From: Chloroflexota bacterium
GTDB taxonomy: Bacteria; Chloroflexota; Dehalococcoidia; Lucifugimonadales; UBA3495
Assembly (NCBI GenBank): GCA_028873965.1
Contig: JAPPMU010000041.1
Location: forward strand, 36,056 to 100,055
Direction of reading: 5' to 3'
Length of the DNA: 64,000 bases
Of the stretch, positions 17,463 through 26,586 are shown piece by piece. Every line of letters starts with the position of its first letter. The stretch's first letter is position 1. Under the pieces are notes generated by a model. It saw nothing but the letters and a program-made list of their open reading frames with translations. It did not search any database and was not told the DNA's origin. The position numbers and the translations under genes were made by a program.

Positions 17463-18725
17463 TCACGCCTCTCGCAACCGCCGCGAAAACAGGCACAGAA
17501 ACACCGCCACTGAGCCGGCGATGCCCAGGTAAAGCGCGGTCAACGGCGCGCCGATCTGCGTAACCATCCACCCGTTCAACGCGCTGGCCGGGAAGTGCGC
17601 CTGGATCGCCAGCACGCGCATCCCGCCCATGCGCCCGCGGAACTCGGGATCCGAGTTGCCCATCAGCACCGTCATCACCAGCACCAGCGACACCGAGCGT
17701 CCGATGCCGGTAAGGACCTTTATTGCCAGGGCCACCACCAGCACGGCCCCGAAGGGCAGCAGCCCCGGCAGCGTCAGCACGGCTACGGCGAACAGGATCA
17801 TCGACCCGTGCCAGCCGCCGTTCACCGCCCACACCAGCCACCATCCCTGCCGCCGCAGGTTGCCGATGCCGGCCACCACCAGCGCGCCGATCACCGCGCC
17901 CGCGCCCATGGCTCCGTTGAGCAGACCCAAAACCTCCGGCCCGCCCTGCAGCGTTTCCTTGGCAAAGATCGGCATCAGCGCCGTGGTGAAAGGAAAGCCG
18001 GTCACGTTGTACATCGCCGCGATCAGCAGGGCCATGAACAGTTCCTTACGCTGCCAGACGTGACGCAAGCCCTCGGCCACACCGATGATGATCTGGCGAG
18101 GCGTCGTGCTGCCCGCGGTCGCGTTGCGCGTTCGCACCGCCAGCGCCAACCCGCCGCCAATGAGATACATGACGCCGATGAATCCGAATAACCCCGCCGG
18201 AGTGAGCGGGGTGTAGAGGAAACCGCCGACTATCGGCCCCACGAACTGTGTGAGGTTTTGGCCGAAACCCAGCATGGCCACTGCATTGGTGAGCCGCTCG
18301 CGTGGCACCGTGTCGATCAGCAGGGCGTTGGTCACCGGAAGTTCAACGGTGCGAAACGCGCCGCCCCCAAGGATGATTACAAAGATCATCCAGACTTTGA
18401 GCGCGTCCAGCAGCAGGAGCGCCATCAACAGGAACGCCAGCGCCGCCGCGATGAAATGACCCGCCGCCATGAGCAGCCGGCGCGGCATCCGGTCCACCAC
18501 CGCGCCGGCGAAGACGGACAGGAACGCCAAGCCGAGGGCCGATCCGCCGGCCAGCCCTACGAGCAGGGCGTCGCCCGTCAACTCCAGCACCAGCCAGAGC
18601 ACTGCGATGATCTCCATCTGCCGGCCGGCCATGGCGATGTTGGCGGACACCCAGACCAGCGAAAAGTCGCGCCGCCGGAACGAGCCGAAGGTCTCGCTGG
18701 CACGGGCGCCCAGGAATGTGGCCAA
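17463..18725 (-). CDS. MFS transporter
   Basis: About 12 TM segments, GAVVDRMPRR motif A, EFRGR. Confidence 0.9.
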   Translation of the reverse strand: MATFLGARASETFGSFRRRDFSLVWVSANIAMAGRQMEIIAVLWLVLELTGDALLVGLAGGSALGLAFLSVFAGAVVDRMPRRLLMAAGHFIAAALAFLLMALLLLDALKVWMIFVIILGGGAFRTVELPVTNALLIDTVPRERLTNAVAMLGFGQNLTQFVGPIVGGFLYTPLTPAGLFGFIGVMYLIGGGLALAVRTRNATAGSTTPRQIIIGVAEGLRHVWQRKELFMALLIAAMYNVTGFPFTTALMPIFAKETLQGGPEVLGLLNGAMGAGAVIGALVVAGIGNLRRQGWWLVWAVNGGWHGSMILFAVAVLTLPGLLPFGAVLVVALAIKVLTGIGRSVSLVLVMTVLMGNSDPEFRGRMGGMRVLAIQAHFPASALNGWMVTQIGAPLTALYLGIAGSVAVFLCLFSRRLREA

Positions 18726-18889
18726 GTTGCTAGCTCCCTCGCAAACCGGCGCCGATTATAGCACCGGGCCATCTGCCCTTCCGCATCAGCACCCACTCGC
18801 GACGACCACAGCTCGCTATGAACCCGAACTTGCAACGTCCGCGTGGTAAAATTTCGCATCTGAAACGCAGCATCGCTGGAGGCAACGGA

Positions 18890-19948
18890 ATGGAAATCGG
18901 CGTCGGACTGGACCACACTCTGGGAATGAATTGGGACGACCAGGCCAACTTGGCCCGCGAGGCGGCGGAGTTGGGCTACGAGAGCATCTGGACGCCCGAG
19001 AACATCGGCACCGATTCTTTCCAGGTGTGCGCTCGCCGTTGGCAGGCCAGTTGCGACGTCGTTGAGGGCGGCCTGACCACCGGGATCGGCGTCTCGCCGG
19101 TCATGTACCGCACCCCGGTAGGTTTCGCCATGTCCGGCGGCACCGTGAGCCAGCAGACCGGCGGCAAGTTCATCATGGGTATCGGCGCGGGCAGCGCCTA
19201 CCGGCCCGCCAACCGCCGAGATCTCGGTTTCCCCCGGGTTTCCGCTCTGAACCTCATGCGCGATTATCTGACCACCGTGCGCGGCCTGGTCCGCGGCGAG
19301 CGTGTCTCCTACCAGGGCGAGCACATCAACTACAACAACATCCGTCTCGCCATCCGCCCGGCGCCGAACACGCCCATCTACCTGGGCACGCTGGGCCCCG
19401 AGATGCTGCGGCTGGCCGGAGAGATCGCCGACGGCGTGTGCCTGAACTGGTGCACCCCCGCGCAAATCGCCTGGAGCCGCGAGCGCATCGCCGAGGGCGC
19501 GGAGCGCGTCGGCCGTGACCCATCGGAGTGCAAGGTCGTCGAGTACATTCGTATCTGCGTCGACGAGGACGAGGACGTCGCCCGCCGCGCCTTCGCCAAG
19601 AACTGCCTGGGCTACCCGCTCGGCGCGGCAGTTCCCACGGAGCGGGAGCGCCAGTTCGGTTACCGCGCCCACTTCGAGCGCATGGGCTACACCGAAGAAC
19701 TGGCCGGCGCCGACGCCATCCGCTCGCGCGGCGGCGACATGGACGAGGTCGCCGACGCCTACCCCTCGGATGCCCTGCTGGCCGTCGGCTATTACGGCAA
19801 GCCCGACGGTGCCGCCGCGGCTTTCGCTAAGCTGGCCGAGGGCCTGGACGTCGCCCTGGTTCGCGTCATCTCCGCCCGCCCCGAAATTGCCTCCACCCAA
19901 GCCGTCATGCACGCCTGCGCGCCGGAACGGGTGCGGGCTGCTTTGTGA
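18890..19948 (+). CDS. LLM-class (luciferase-like) oxidoreductase
   Basis: AAELGYESIWTPE, PIYLGTLGPEMLRLAGEIADG; GGAGG RBS before ATG 18890. Confidence 0.9.
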   Translation: MEIGVGLDHTLGMNWDDQANLAREAAELGYESIWTPENIGTDSFQVCARRWQASCDVVEGGLTTGIGVSPVMYRTPVGFAMSGGTVSQQTGGKFIMGIGAGSAYRPANRRDLGFPRVSALNLMRDYLTTVRGLVRGERVSYQGEHINYNNIRLAIRPAPNTPIYLGTLGPEMLRLAGEIADGVCLNWCTPAQIAWSRERIAEGAERVGRDPSECKVVEYIRICVDEDEDVARRAFAKNCLGYPLGAAVPTERERQFGYRAHFERMGYTEELAGADAIRSRGGDMDEVADAYPSDALLAVGYYGKPDGAAAAFAKLAEGLDVALVRVISARPEIASTQAVMHACAPERVRAAL

Positions 19949-20331
19949 AGCGCCTCGCAATCAACCTGCTGAAAACCATTGTCGCAGCGGCCATCTACGC
20001 CGCGATATTTTGGTATAGTTTCAGCATATCTGACAATCCGGACCGGCGCACAACGGCGATGATCGGGCTGATCAGCCTCGGTATTGCCTACGGCGTGTGG
20101 ACAGCGCTGTTCAAGGTCGCCGGCGAATTGGCAGGGGGCATCATGGTACTGGCAGAATTTCTGAACCGACATCTCCTGGAGCCACAGAAACAGCGATTGC
20201 TGGAACAAGGACGCCGGGAGGGGCGCAAAGAGGGACGCGCCGAGATCCTGGCCAGGATGGAGGAACTGGGTATGGATCCCAGTGCGCTCCTCGCTGATCA
20301 AGAAGCGGAGAACGAAGGCAACGACAGTTGA
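19945..20331 (+). CDS. Two-TM protein with EGRxEGR repeat tail
   Basis: Two hydrophobic helices then EQGRREGRKEGRAE; sits between two LLM genes, 4-bp overlap with the upstream one. Confidence 0.7.
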   Translation: MKRLAINLLKTIVAAAIYAAIFWYSFSISDNPDRRTTAMIGLISLGIAYGVWTALFKVAGELAGGIMVLAEFLNRHLLEPQKQRLLEQGRREGRKEGRAEILARMEELGMDPSALLADQEAENEGNDS

Positions 20332-20342
20332 AAGAGGCCACC

Positions 20343-21428
20343 ATGCACGTAGGCGCCGCCACCATTTTCCAGAACCCGGGCAAGTTCTCCTCCGATTACG
20401 ATGTGTATCGTGAGGAGCTGCGGCTCGCCGATCTGGCCGAGCCATTGGGCTTCCAGTCCATCTGGGGCGTGGAGCACCACTTCACCGACTACACCATGTG
20501 CCCCGACGTGCTCCAGTTCCTGACTTACATGGCTGGCCGGACCACAGGCATGCAGCTGGGCAGCATGGTCTGCGTCCTGCCCTGGCACGACCCCATGCGC
20601 GTCGCCGAACAGGTCTCCATGCTGGACAACCTCAGCGATGGCCGATTCATCCTGGGCGTGGGCCGTGGCCTGGCCAAGGTCGAGTACGACGGCTTCCGCG
20701 TGGACATGAACGAGTCCCGCACGCGGTTCATCGAATCGGCCGAGTGCCTGCTGGCCGGCCTAGAAAGCGGGTTCTGCGAGTTCGACGGCGAGTACATCAA
20801 GCAACCCCGCCGTGAGATCCGGCCCAACCCGTTCCGCAGCTTCAAGGATCGCACCTACGCCGCCGCCATCTCACCAGAGAGCAGCCGCATCATGGCCCAA
20901 CTGGGCGTGGGCATGCTGGTCATCCCGCAAAAGCCCTGGGACGAGGTCGAGCGCGACCTCACCAACTACCGCAACGCCTGGTACGAGAGCCACGGAACCA
21001 ATTCCACAGGGCCCCCGCCGCCCGTCGTCGCCTGCTGGACCTTCTGCCACGAAGACGCCGATTACGCCCGCGACATGGCCCGCCGCTACATCGGCGGCTA
21101 CTGGCACACGGTCATGGACCACTACCAGTTCAAGGCCGACCACCACAAAGACATCAAGGGTTACGAGTACTACGGCAAGGTCGCCGAGAAGATGTTCGAC
21201 TATGGCGACGATGAGGTCGTGGATTTCTTCGTCAACTTGCAGGTCTGGGGCACGCCCGAACAGTGCTACGATAAGATCCTGCAGATCCGCGACCGCACCG
21301 GGCACGACACCTACGTGGGCGCTTTCAGCTACGCCGCCATGCCCTACGATGTCGCCGAAGCGAGCATGCGCCTCTTCGCTGCGGAGGTGACGCCGGAGCT
21401 GAAGGCTCTGACGCTGGGAGCGGCTTAA
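20343..21428 (+). CDS. LLM-class flavin-dependent monooxygenase
   Basis: GFQSIWGVEHHF, PMRVAEQVSMLDNLSDGRFILGVGRG. Confidence 0.92.
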   Translation: MHVGAATIFQNPGKFSSDYDVYREELRLADLAEPLGFQSIWGVEHHFTDYTMCPDVLQFLTYMAGRTTGMQLGSMVCVLPWHDPMRVAEQVSMLDNLSDGRFILGVGRGLAKVEYDGFRVDMNESRTRFIESAECLLAGLESGFCEFDGEYIKQPRREIRPNPFRSFKDRTYAAAISPESSRIMAQLGVGMLVIPQKPWDEVERDLTNYRNAWYESHGTNSTGPPPPVVACWTFCHEDADYARDMARRYIGGYWHTVMDHYQFKADHHKDIKGYEYYGKVAEKMFDYGDDEVVDFFVNLQVWGTPEQCYDKILQIRDRTGHDTYVGAFSYAAMPYDVAEASMRLFAAEVTPELKALTLGAA

Positions 21429-21541
21429 TTCACATCGATGAACAGGATAAACGGGATTGGCTTTCGGCCCGTCATTCCCGGCTCATCCCGTTATTCCCGC
21501 TTTCGCGGGAATCCAGCGCCTGGCACGATAGCGAGGAAGGC

Positions 21542-21823
21542 ATGACTGACGCCTCACGGGTTATCTGGGCGTACACCGAAGGCCATCTGCGCCAATGGAT
21601 GGAGGGGCTGTACCGTTACTATAGCAACAGAGGCCGTCATGGCTACCACTATCGGTTTCCCGACCCGGCATCCCCGACACCGGAGCAGGCGGACGAGCTG
21701 TATCGCCGCATCAAGCACATACTGAACATCCACGTGGACTTTCCGGATCAGGGGATTGAAGAGTACGCTTGGCAATCACTCGAGACGATGGGCCTCATCA
21801 GTGAACGACCGGGCGGCAAGTAG
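21542..21823 (+). CDS. Hypothetical protein
   Basis: 93-aa ORF with GAGGAAGG RBS; no recognised motif. Confidence 0.55.
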   Translation: MTDASRVIWAYTEGHLRQWMEGLYRYYSNRGRHGYHYRFPDPASPTPEQADELYRRIKHILNIHVDFPDQGIEEYAWQSLETMGLISERPGGK

Positions 21824-21836
21824 AGACGATTACAAG

Positions 21837-21931
21837 ATGCTCCAACTGCCCACCGGCTGCAAGACGGACGCAAGGCCGTCTAGCTCACCCACCGCAAGGA
21901 ACTGACCGAGCAGATCCGTGGGATGCTCACC
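21837..21931 (+). pseudogene. Remnant of a DEAD/DEAH helicase N-terminus
   Basis: MLQLPTGCKT then, frameshifted, GRKAV*LTHRKELTEQ; matches MTQLPTGGGKT..GRKAVWLTHREELANQ at 33684-34025. Confidence 0.7.
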
Positions 21932-22122
21932 CGCCCCCAATATCCACCGATTGGGCCAACGTCTAACGCGACGTGCTATACGTCGGCCGGATCAATCAGC
22001 AATTCACGCAGTGGCCTGATAGATTTCCGTTGCTTGCAGGAACAGCGATAATCCCGATACGGTGACATTGGGATCATCCTGCTTATCCTGTCCATCCATG
22101 CCAATACCGGAGGCCACCGCTC

Positions 22123-23757
22123 ATGTCCGACTGGTTTCCCAAGCAAACGATTGGAGACTTGCTCAACCAGGCCGCCGGCCGTTTCGGCGGGCGCGAGGCC
22201 CTCATGTACGAGGGCCGACGGTGGACCTTCGACGAGTTTCGCGGCGAAGTTGATCGCGTGGCTCGCGCCCTGATCAACCTCGGCGTCCAGCCCGGCGACA
22301 AGGTTTCGATATGGATGCCCAACCGCGCGGAATGGCTCTTCCTGTTCGGCGCCGTGGCCAAGATTGGAGCCGTGCTGGTGCCCATCAACACCCGGTTCCG
22401 CACCACCGACATGGAGTACCTGGTCAACCATTCCGACTCAACCGCCCTGATCCTCATGGACCGTTCCGGCCCGGTGGACTTCCTGGACATGCTGCGCGAG
22501 GTCGCCCCGGAGGTCGATTCCGGCGACGCCTCGGACCTGCGCCCGGCCGTCTTCCCTGCCCTCCGCAACGTCATCGTGTTGGGCGAAACCCACCCTGCCG
22601 GCGCCATCGACTGGGATGCCATGCTGGCCGGCGCCGACGAAGTGCCCGCCTCCGAGCTCACCCACCGCGAATCCGCCGTTAGCCCCGACGACACGTTCCT
22701 GCTCATGTACACGTCCGGAACCACCGGGTTCCCCAAGGGCGTGATGCACTGCCACAACCCCATCCGCACCATCACCGACGCCGCCAACCGCATGGCCATG
22801 TCCTCCCGCGACGTCATCCTCATGTACCTCCCCCTGTTCCACTGCTTCGGGCTCTACGAGGGGCCGCTGATGTCGTGGATCACCGGTGCCCGCATCGTGC
22901 TCACCACCATGTTCGATGCCGGCGAGGTGCTGGATCTCCTGGAATCCGAGCGGGCCACGGTGATGAACGGGTTCGACACCCACTTCTTCGACCTGACCCA
23001 CCACCCGGACGTCGACCGGATCGACCGGGGCAGCCTCCGCACCATGCTGCTCGCCGTCGGAATGGCCTCTAGCGAACCCACCGCGCGCCTCACCCAGCAG
23101 AAGCTCGGCCCGTCGCTCTCGGCCTGGGGAATGACCGAGGTCGGCGTGGGCGCCACCCGAACTTTCCTGGACGCTCCCGAGGACGACCGTTGTGTTGAAA
23201 GCGGCCACCCGCTGCCCGGCTACGAGTTCAAGGTCATCGACCCCGAAAGCGGCGACACTCTGCCCCCGTCGACTGTCGGCGAGCTGCTGGTGCGCGGCTA
23301 CGCTCTCATGCAGGGCTACTACAAGCGCCCCGAGGCCACCGCCGAAGCCATCGACGACCAGGGTTGGTTCCACACCGGCGACGTGGCTACCATGCGCGAC
23401 GACGGCAGCATCCGCTTCATGGGCCGCTACAAGGACATGCTCAAGGTCGGGGGCGAAAACGTCGATCCCACCGAGGTCGAAGCCTTCCTGTTGGAGCACC
23501 CGGCGGTCAACAAGGTGCAGGTCATCGGCGTCCCCGACGCCCGCCTGACTGAGGTCGCCTGCGCCTGCGTGGTCGTCGAGCCGGGCCAAGCCATCACCGA
23601 CGCCGACCTGGACGGTTTCTGTCGCGGGAAGATGGCCAGCTTCAAGATACCGCGCCATCTGGTCATCATGGACGACTATCCGATGACCTCCAGCGGCAAG
23701 GTCCAAAAATACCTGCTCCGCCAGATGGCATCAGAGCAACTTGGCCTGTCCGCCTAA
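22123..23757 (+). CDS. Acyl-CoA synthetase (AMP-binding)
   Basis: YTSGTTGFPKG, WGMTE, WFHTGD, TSSGKVQK. Confidence 0.95.
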   Translation: MSDWFPKQTIGDLLNQAAGRFGGREALMYEGRRWTFDEFRGEVDRVARALINLGVQPGDKVSIWMPNRAEWLFLFGAVAKIGAVLVPINTRFRTTDMEYLVNHSDSTALILMDRSGPVDFLDMLREVAPEVDSGDASDLRPAVFPALRNVIVLGETHPAGAIDWDAMLAGADEVPASELTHRESAVSPDDTFLLMYTSGTTGFPKGVMHCHNPIRTITDAANRMAMSSRDVILMYLPLFHCFGLYEGPLMSWITGARIVLTTMFDAGEVLDLLESERATVMNGFDTHFFDLTHHPDVDRIDRGSLRTMLLAVGMASSEPTARLTQQKLGPSLSAWGMTEVGVGATRTFLDAPEDDRCVESGHPLPGYEFKVIDPESGDTLPPSTVGELLVRGYALMQGYYKRPEATAEAIDDQGWFHTGDVATMRDDGSIRFMGRYKDMLKVGGENVDPTEVEAFLLEHPAVNKVQVIGVPDARLTEVACACVVVEPGQAITDADLDGFCRGKMASFKIPRHLVIMDDYPMTSSGKVQKYLLRQMASEQLGLSA

Positions 23758-23839
23758 CAACCGCATGAACTCCCTCGCGCACCCTATGAACAGCCCGGCC
23801 ATCCCCTCGCCTGACGTGGTGTCCACCACGGGCGATTCC

Positions 23840-23948
23840 GTCATTCCCGCGTGTCATCCCGTCATTCCCGCGTGTCATCCCGTCATTCCTGCGTGTCATC
23901 CCGTCATTCCTGCGTGTCATCCCGTCATTCCTGCGAAAGCAGGAATCC
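23840..23948 (+). repeat. Four 21-bp tandem units ending in a full REP-like palindrome
   Basis: (GTCATTCCYGCGTGTCATCCC)x4 followed by GTCATTCCTGCGAAAGCAGGAATCC. Confidence 0.9.
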
Positions 23949-23982
23949 AGGTACTCCGATCGAACAGCGTGGTACTCGGCCG

Positions 23983-24741
23983 ATGACTCCTTACATCGGC
24001 ATCACCGGCTTCTGCTCGCGCAGCGAGGTCGACGCGGTCCTCGCGGCCCTTCCGGCCAATCCCAACCGCCAGTTGATGTGCGGCGCCCTGCTCAGCAATG
24101 CCCTGCTGTCCGGCGAGCCCAGCGACGCCCCAAACCGCTGCCCGGCGCCGGATGCCATAGCCGGCATTTTCTCCGACGACCCCCGCTGTCTGAACCTCGT
24201 CCACTACCGCCCGCCCCCGGGCGCGAACCTGGCGGACGCTCTGGCCCGTGCCACCGAGGTCGGAGGCCCGCATTGCCACGGGGTCCAGATCAACGCCACC
24301 CGCGGCGCTCCGTGGCCTGACCTTGACGCCCTCGCGGCTTACCGCGAGTGCTGCCGTCCCTCCCGCATCGTGTTCCAGGCCGGACGCGAGGCGATGGAAT
24401 CGGTCAACCACCGGCCCGACGAACTGGCCCGGCGCTGCGCCACCTATTCCGGCCTGGTAACCGACGTGCTGGTTGACGCCTCCGAAGGTCTCGGGCTGTC
24501 GCTCGATGCCGCCCGCTCCGCCGACTACCTGGAAGCCCTTCGCGCCGCCGCCCCGGAGCTGGGACTGGTGGTCGCCGGCGGCCTCCACTCCGGCAACATC
24601 TCCGAACTCCTGTCGCCCCTGCTGCCCGAATGGTCCGGCGTCAGCATCGACGCCGAGGGCCGCCTCCGCGACGCCGACGACCACCTCAACACCTCCGCCG
24701 CCATCGCCTATCTGCAGGCGGCGTCGCAGTTGCTCGATTGA
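23983..24741 (+). CDS. TrpF-like TIM-barrel protein of unknown function
   Basis: MTPYIGITGF start; VLVDASEGLG, VVAGGL..N and SIDAEGRL resemble the PRAI C-terminal motifs. Confidence 0.6.
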   Translation: MTPYIGITGFCSRSEVDAVLAALPANPNRQLMCGALLSNALLSGEPSDAPNRCPAPDAIAGIFSDDPRCLNLVHYRPPPGANLADALARATEVGGPHCHGVQINATRGAPWPDLDALAAYRECCRPSRIVFQAGREAMESVNHRPDELARRCATYSGLVTDVLVDASEGLGLSLDAARSADYLEALRAAAPELGLVVAGGLHSGNISELLSPLLPEWSGVSIDAEGRLRDADDHLNTSAAIAYLQAASQLLD

Positions 24742-24753
24742 CCCGGAGTCGCC

Positions 24754-25437
24754 GTGGCCACGCTGACAGTGAAGCGTATCGTCTGCCTCGCCAATTCCCG
24801 TAAAATGGCGGGCCGCTGCGTTGCCGGCAAGGAAATTTCGGAGGACGGCCACCCGGGCAACTGGATCCGTCCGGTCAGCAACCGCGAAATCGAATCTATC
24901 TCGGAACGGGAAAGATGCTACGCCGACGGCAACGACCCGGAACTGCTGGACATAATCGAAGTGCCTCTCCTCAGCGCCAAACCCAAGGACTACCAACAGG
25001 AAAATTGGCTGCTGGACCCCTCCCGCCAATGGCGCAAGGTGGGCCGATTGTCCTGGGATGACCTTCCGAGTTTGGCTGACCCGGAAACCCCTTTGTGGAC
25101 CAACGGATTCACCTCCCGCGGCGGTAAAAACGACCAGGTGCCGGTAGACGTCGCCGCCGGACACGACACCTCACTGCGGCTGATAAGAGTGGAAGATCTG
25201 ACCGTCATAGTCTCGGAGCCGTCCCGCCCCAGCGCCAATTTCTCCATCCTCCGGGGTCGTTTCACCCACTGCAACGAAACCTACTGCTTTCGCATCACCG
25301 ACCCGGTCAGCGAGAACGGATCGATCAACCTCCCCTACGCGGAATACCCGGTGGGCGAGCGCTACCTCACAGTCAGTCTCGGTGAGCCCTTCGAAGGCCA
25401 CGCGTACAAGCTCATCGCCGCCATCATCAGGCCCTGA
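24754..25437 (+). CDS. Dual-OB-fold domain protein
   Basis: IVCLANSRK..GRCVAG..WIRPV..YQQEN..ITDP..LTVSLGEPF..YKLIAAII. Confidence 0.75.
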   Translation: MATLTVKRIVCLANSRKMAGRCVAGKEISEDGHPGNWIRPVSNREIESISERERCYADGNDPELLDIIEVPLLSAKPKDYQQENWLLDPSRQWRKVGRLSWDDLPSLADPETPLWTNGFTSRGGKNDQVPVDVAAGHDTSLRLIRVEDLTVIVSEPSRPSANFSILRGRFTHCNETYCFRITDPVSENGSINLPYAEYPVGERYLTVSLGEPFEGHAYKLIAAIIRP

Positions 25438-25451
25438 CGGAGGACCTCCGT

Positions 25452-26087
25452 TTGAACCAGACTAAGCCAATGGTGCTCACCGTCGGACACTCCAACCACC
25501 CGCCGGAGGCATTCATCAATTTGCTGGTCCGACACGGCGTCGACGAGATCATAGACGTCCGGTCCGCACCATACAGCCGCTACGCGTCCCAGTTCAATCA
25601 TGAGGGTATCCAGCGGATGCTCGACGATATTGGCATCGGTTACGCGTACCTAGGCGGCGAGCTGGGCGGCCGCCCCGCTGATCGTTCGTGCTACGACGCG
25701 GATGGCCGCGTTCGATATGATCGGGTCGCAGCAATCGATTCATTCGACGACGCATTGCGCCGAGTTACCCGGGTGGCGGATGAAAACCGCGTCGCTCTCC
25801 TGTGCACCGAAAAGGAACCGCTGGAATGCCACCGCACCTTGCTGGTGGCGCGAGCCTTGGCTGAACGTGGCGTCGATGTCGCCCACATTCAGGGCGATGG
25901 TTCCCTGGAGGACCACGATGACGCCATGAGCCGTCTGCTCGACCTGCACAAGCTGCCCCCGCACGGCGACATGTTCCGCACCCGAGCCGATGTCATCGCC
26001 GAAGCCCTTGACCGGCAAGCCCGCAAATTCGCCTATGTTGAGACCAACCTGCCTCCTGTGATTGACGGATGGGAGTCCGCTCCGTGA
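25452..26087 (+). CDS. DUF488 family protein
   Basis: TVGHSN, DVRSAPYS, ELGGRP, LCTEKEPLECHR. Confidence 0.88.
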   Translation: MNQTKPMVLTVGHSNHPPEAFINLLVRHGVDEIIDVRSAPYSRYASQFNHEGIQRMLDDIGIGYAYLGGELGGRPADRSCYDADGRVRYDRVAAIDSFDDALRRVTRVADENRVALLCTEKEPLECHRTLLVARALAERGVDVAHIQGDGSLEDHDDAMSRLLDLHKLPPHGDMFRTRADVIAEALDRQARKFAYVETNLPPVIDGWESAP

Positions 26088-26521
26088 AGCTCTACACCAT
26101 CGGTTTCACCCGCAAATCCGCGGCCGAATTCTTCGGCTTGCTCCGCGAGTCTGGTGCCAAACGGGTTGTCGACGTGCGTCTGCGCAACACCTCTGGGTTG
26201 GCCGGGTTCTCGAAAAAGAGCGACCTGCCGTGGTTCCTGCGCGAACTCTGCGGCATGGACTACGTGCACCTGCCCCGCCTGTCTCCCACCGACGCGCTGC
26301 TGGACGGCTACCGGAAACGCGACATAACGTGGGATGAATACGTGCCGCAATTCCACTCCATAATCGAACGCCGGCTCATCCGGGCCGCCATCCCGCAGGA
26401 TATAATCGCCGACAGTTGCCTGCTGTGCAGCGAGGACCGGCCCGAAAGGTGCCACCGCCGGCTCATCGCCGAGCACTTGCAGCAGCATTGGGGCAATGTA
26501 GAAATAATCCATCTGGTCTGA
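26084..26521 (+). CDS. DUF488 family protein (short type)
   Basis: LYTIGFT, DVRL, LLCSEDRPERCHRRLIAE; GTGA overlap with previous gene. Confidence 0.88.
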   Translation: MKLYTIGFTRKSAAEFFGLLRESGAKRVVDVRLRNTSGLAGFSKKSDLPWFLRELCGMDYVHLPRLSPTDALLDGYRKRDITWDEYVPQFHSIIERRLIRAAIPQDIIADSCLLCSEDRPERCHRRLIAEHLQQHWGNVEIIHLV

Positions 26522-26586
26522 ATGAAATTATCCTGTTTATCCTGTCCATCCCTGTAAGGACTCGTCTTTCGCCGGAGGGAACCGCA

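Noticed and set aside
23840-23948. Possible CRISPR array
   Set aside because: Units are directly adjacent with no spacers, and no cas genes are in the window.
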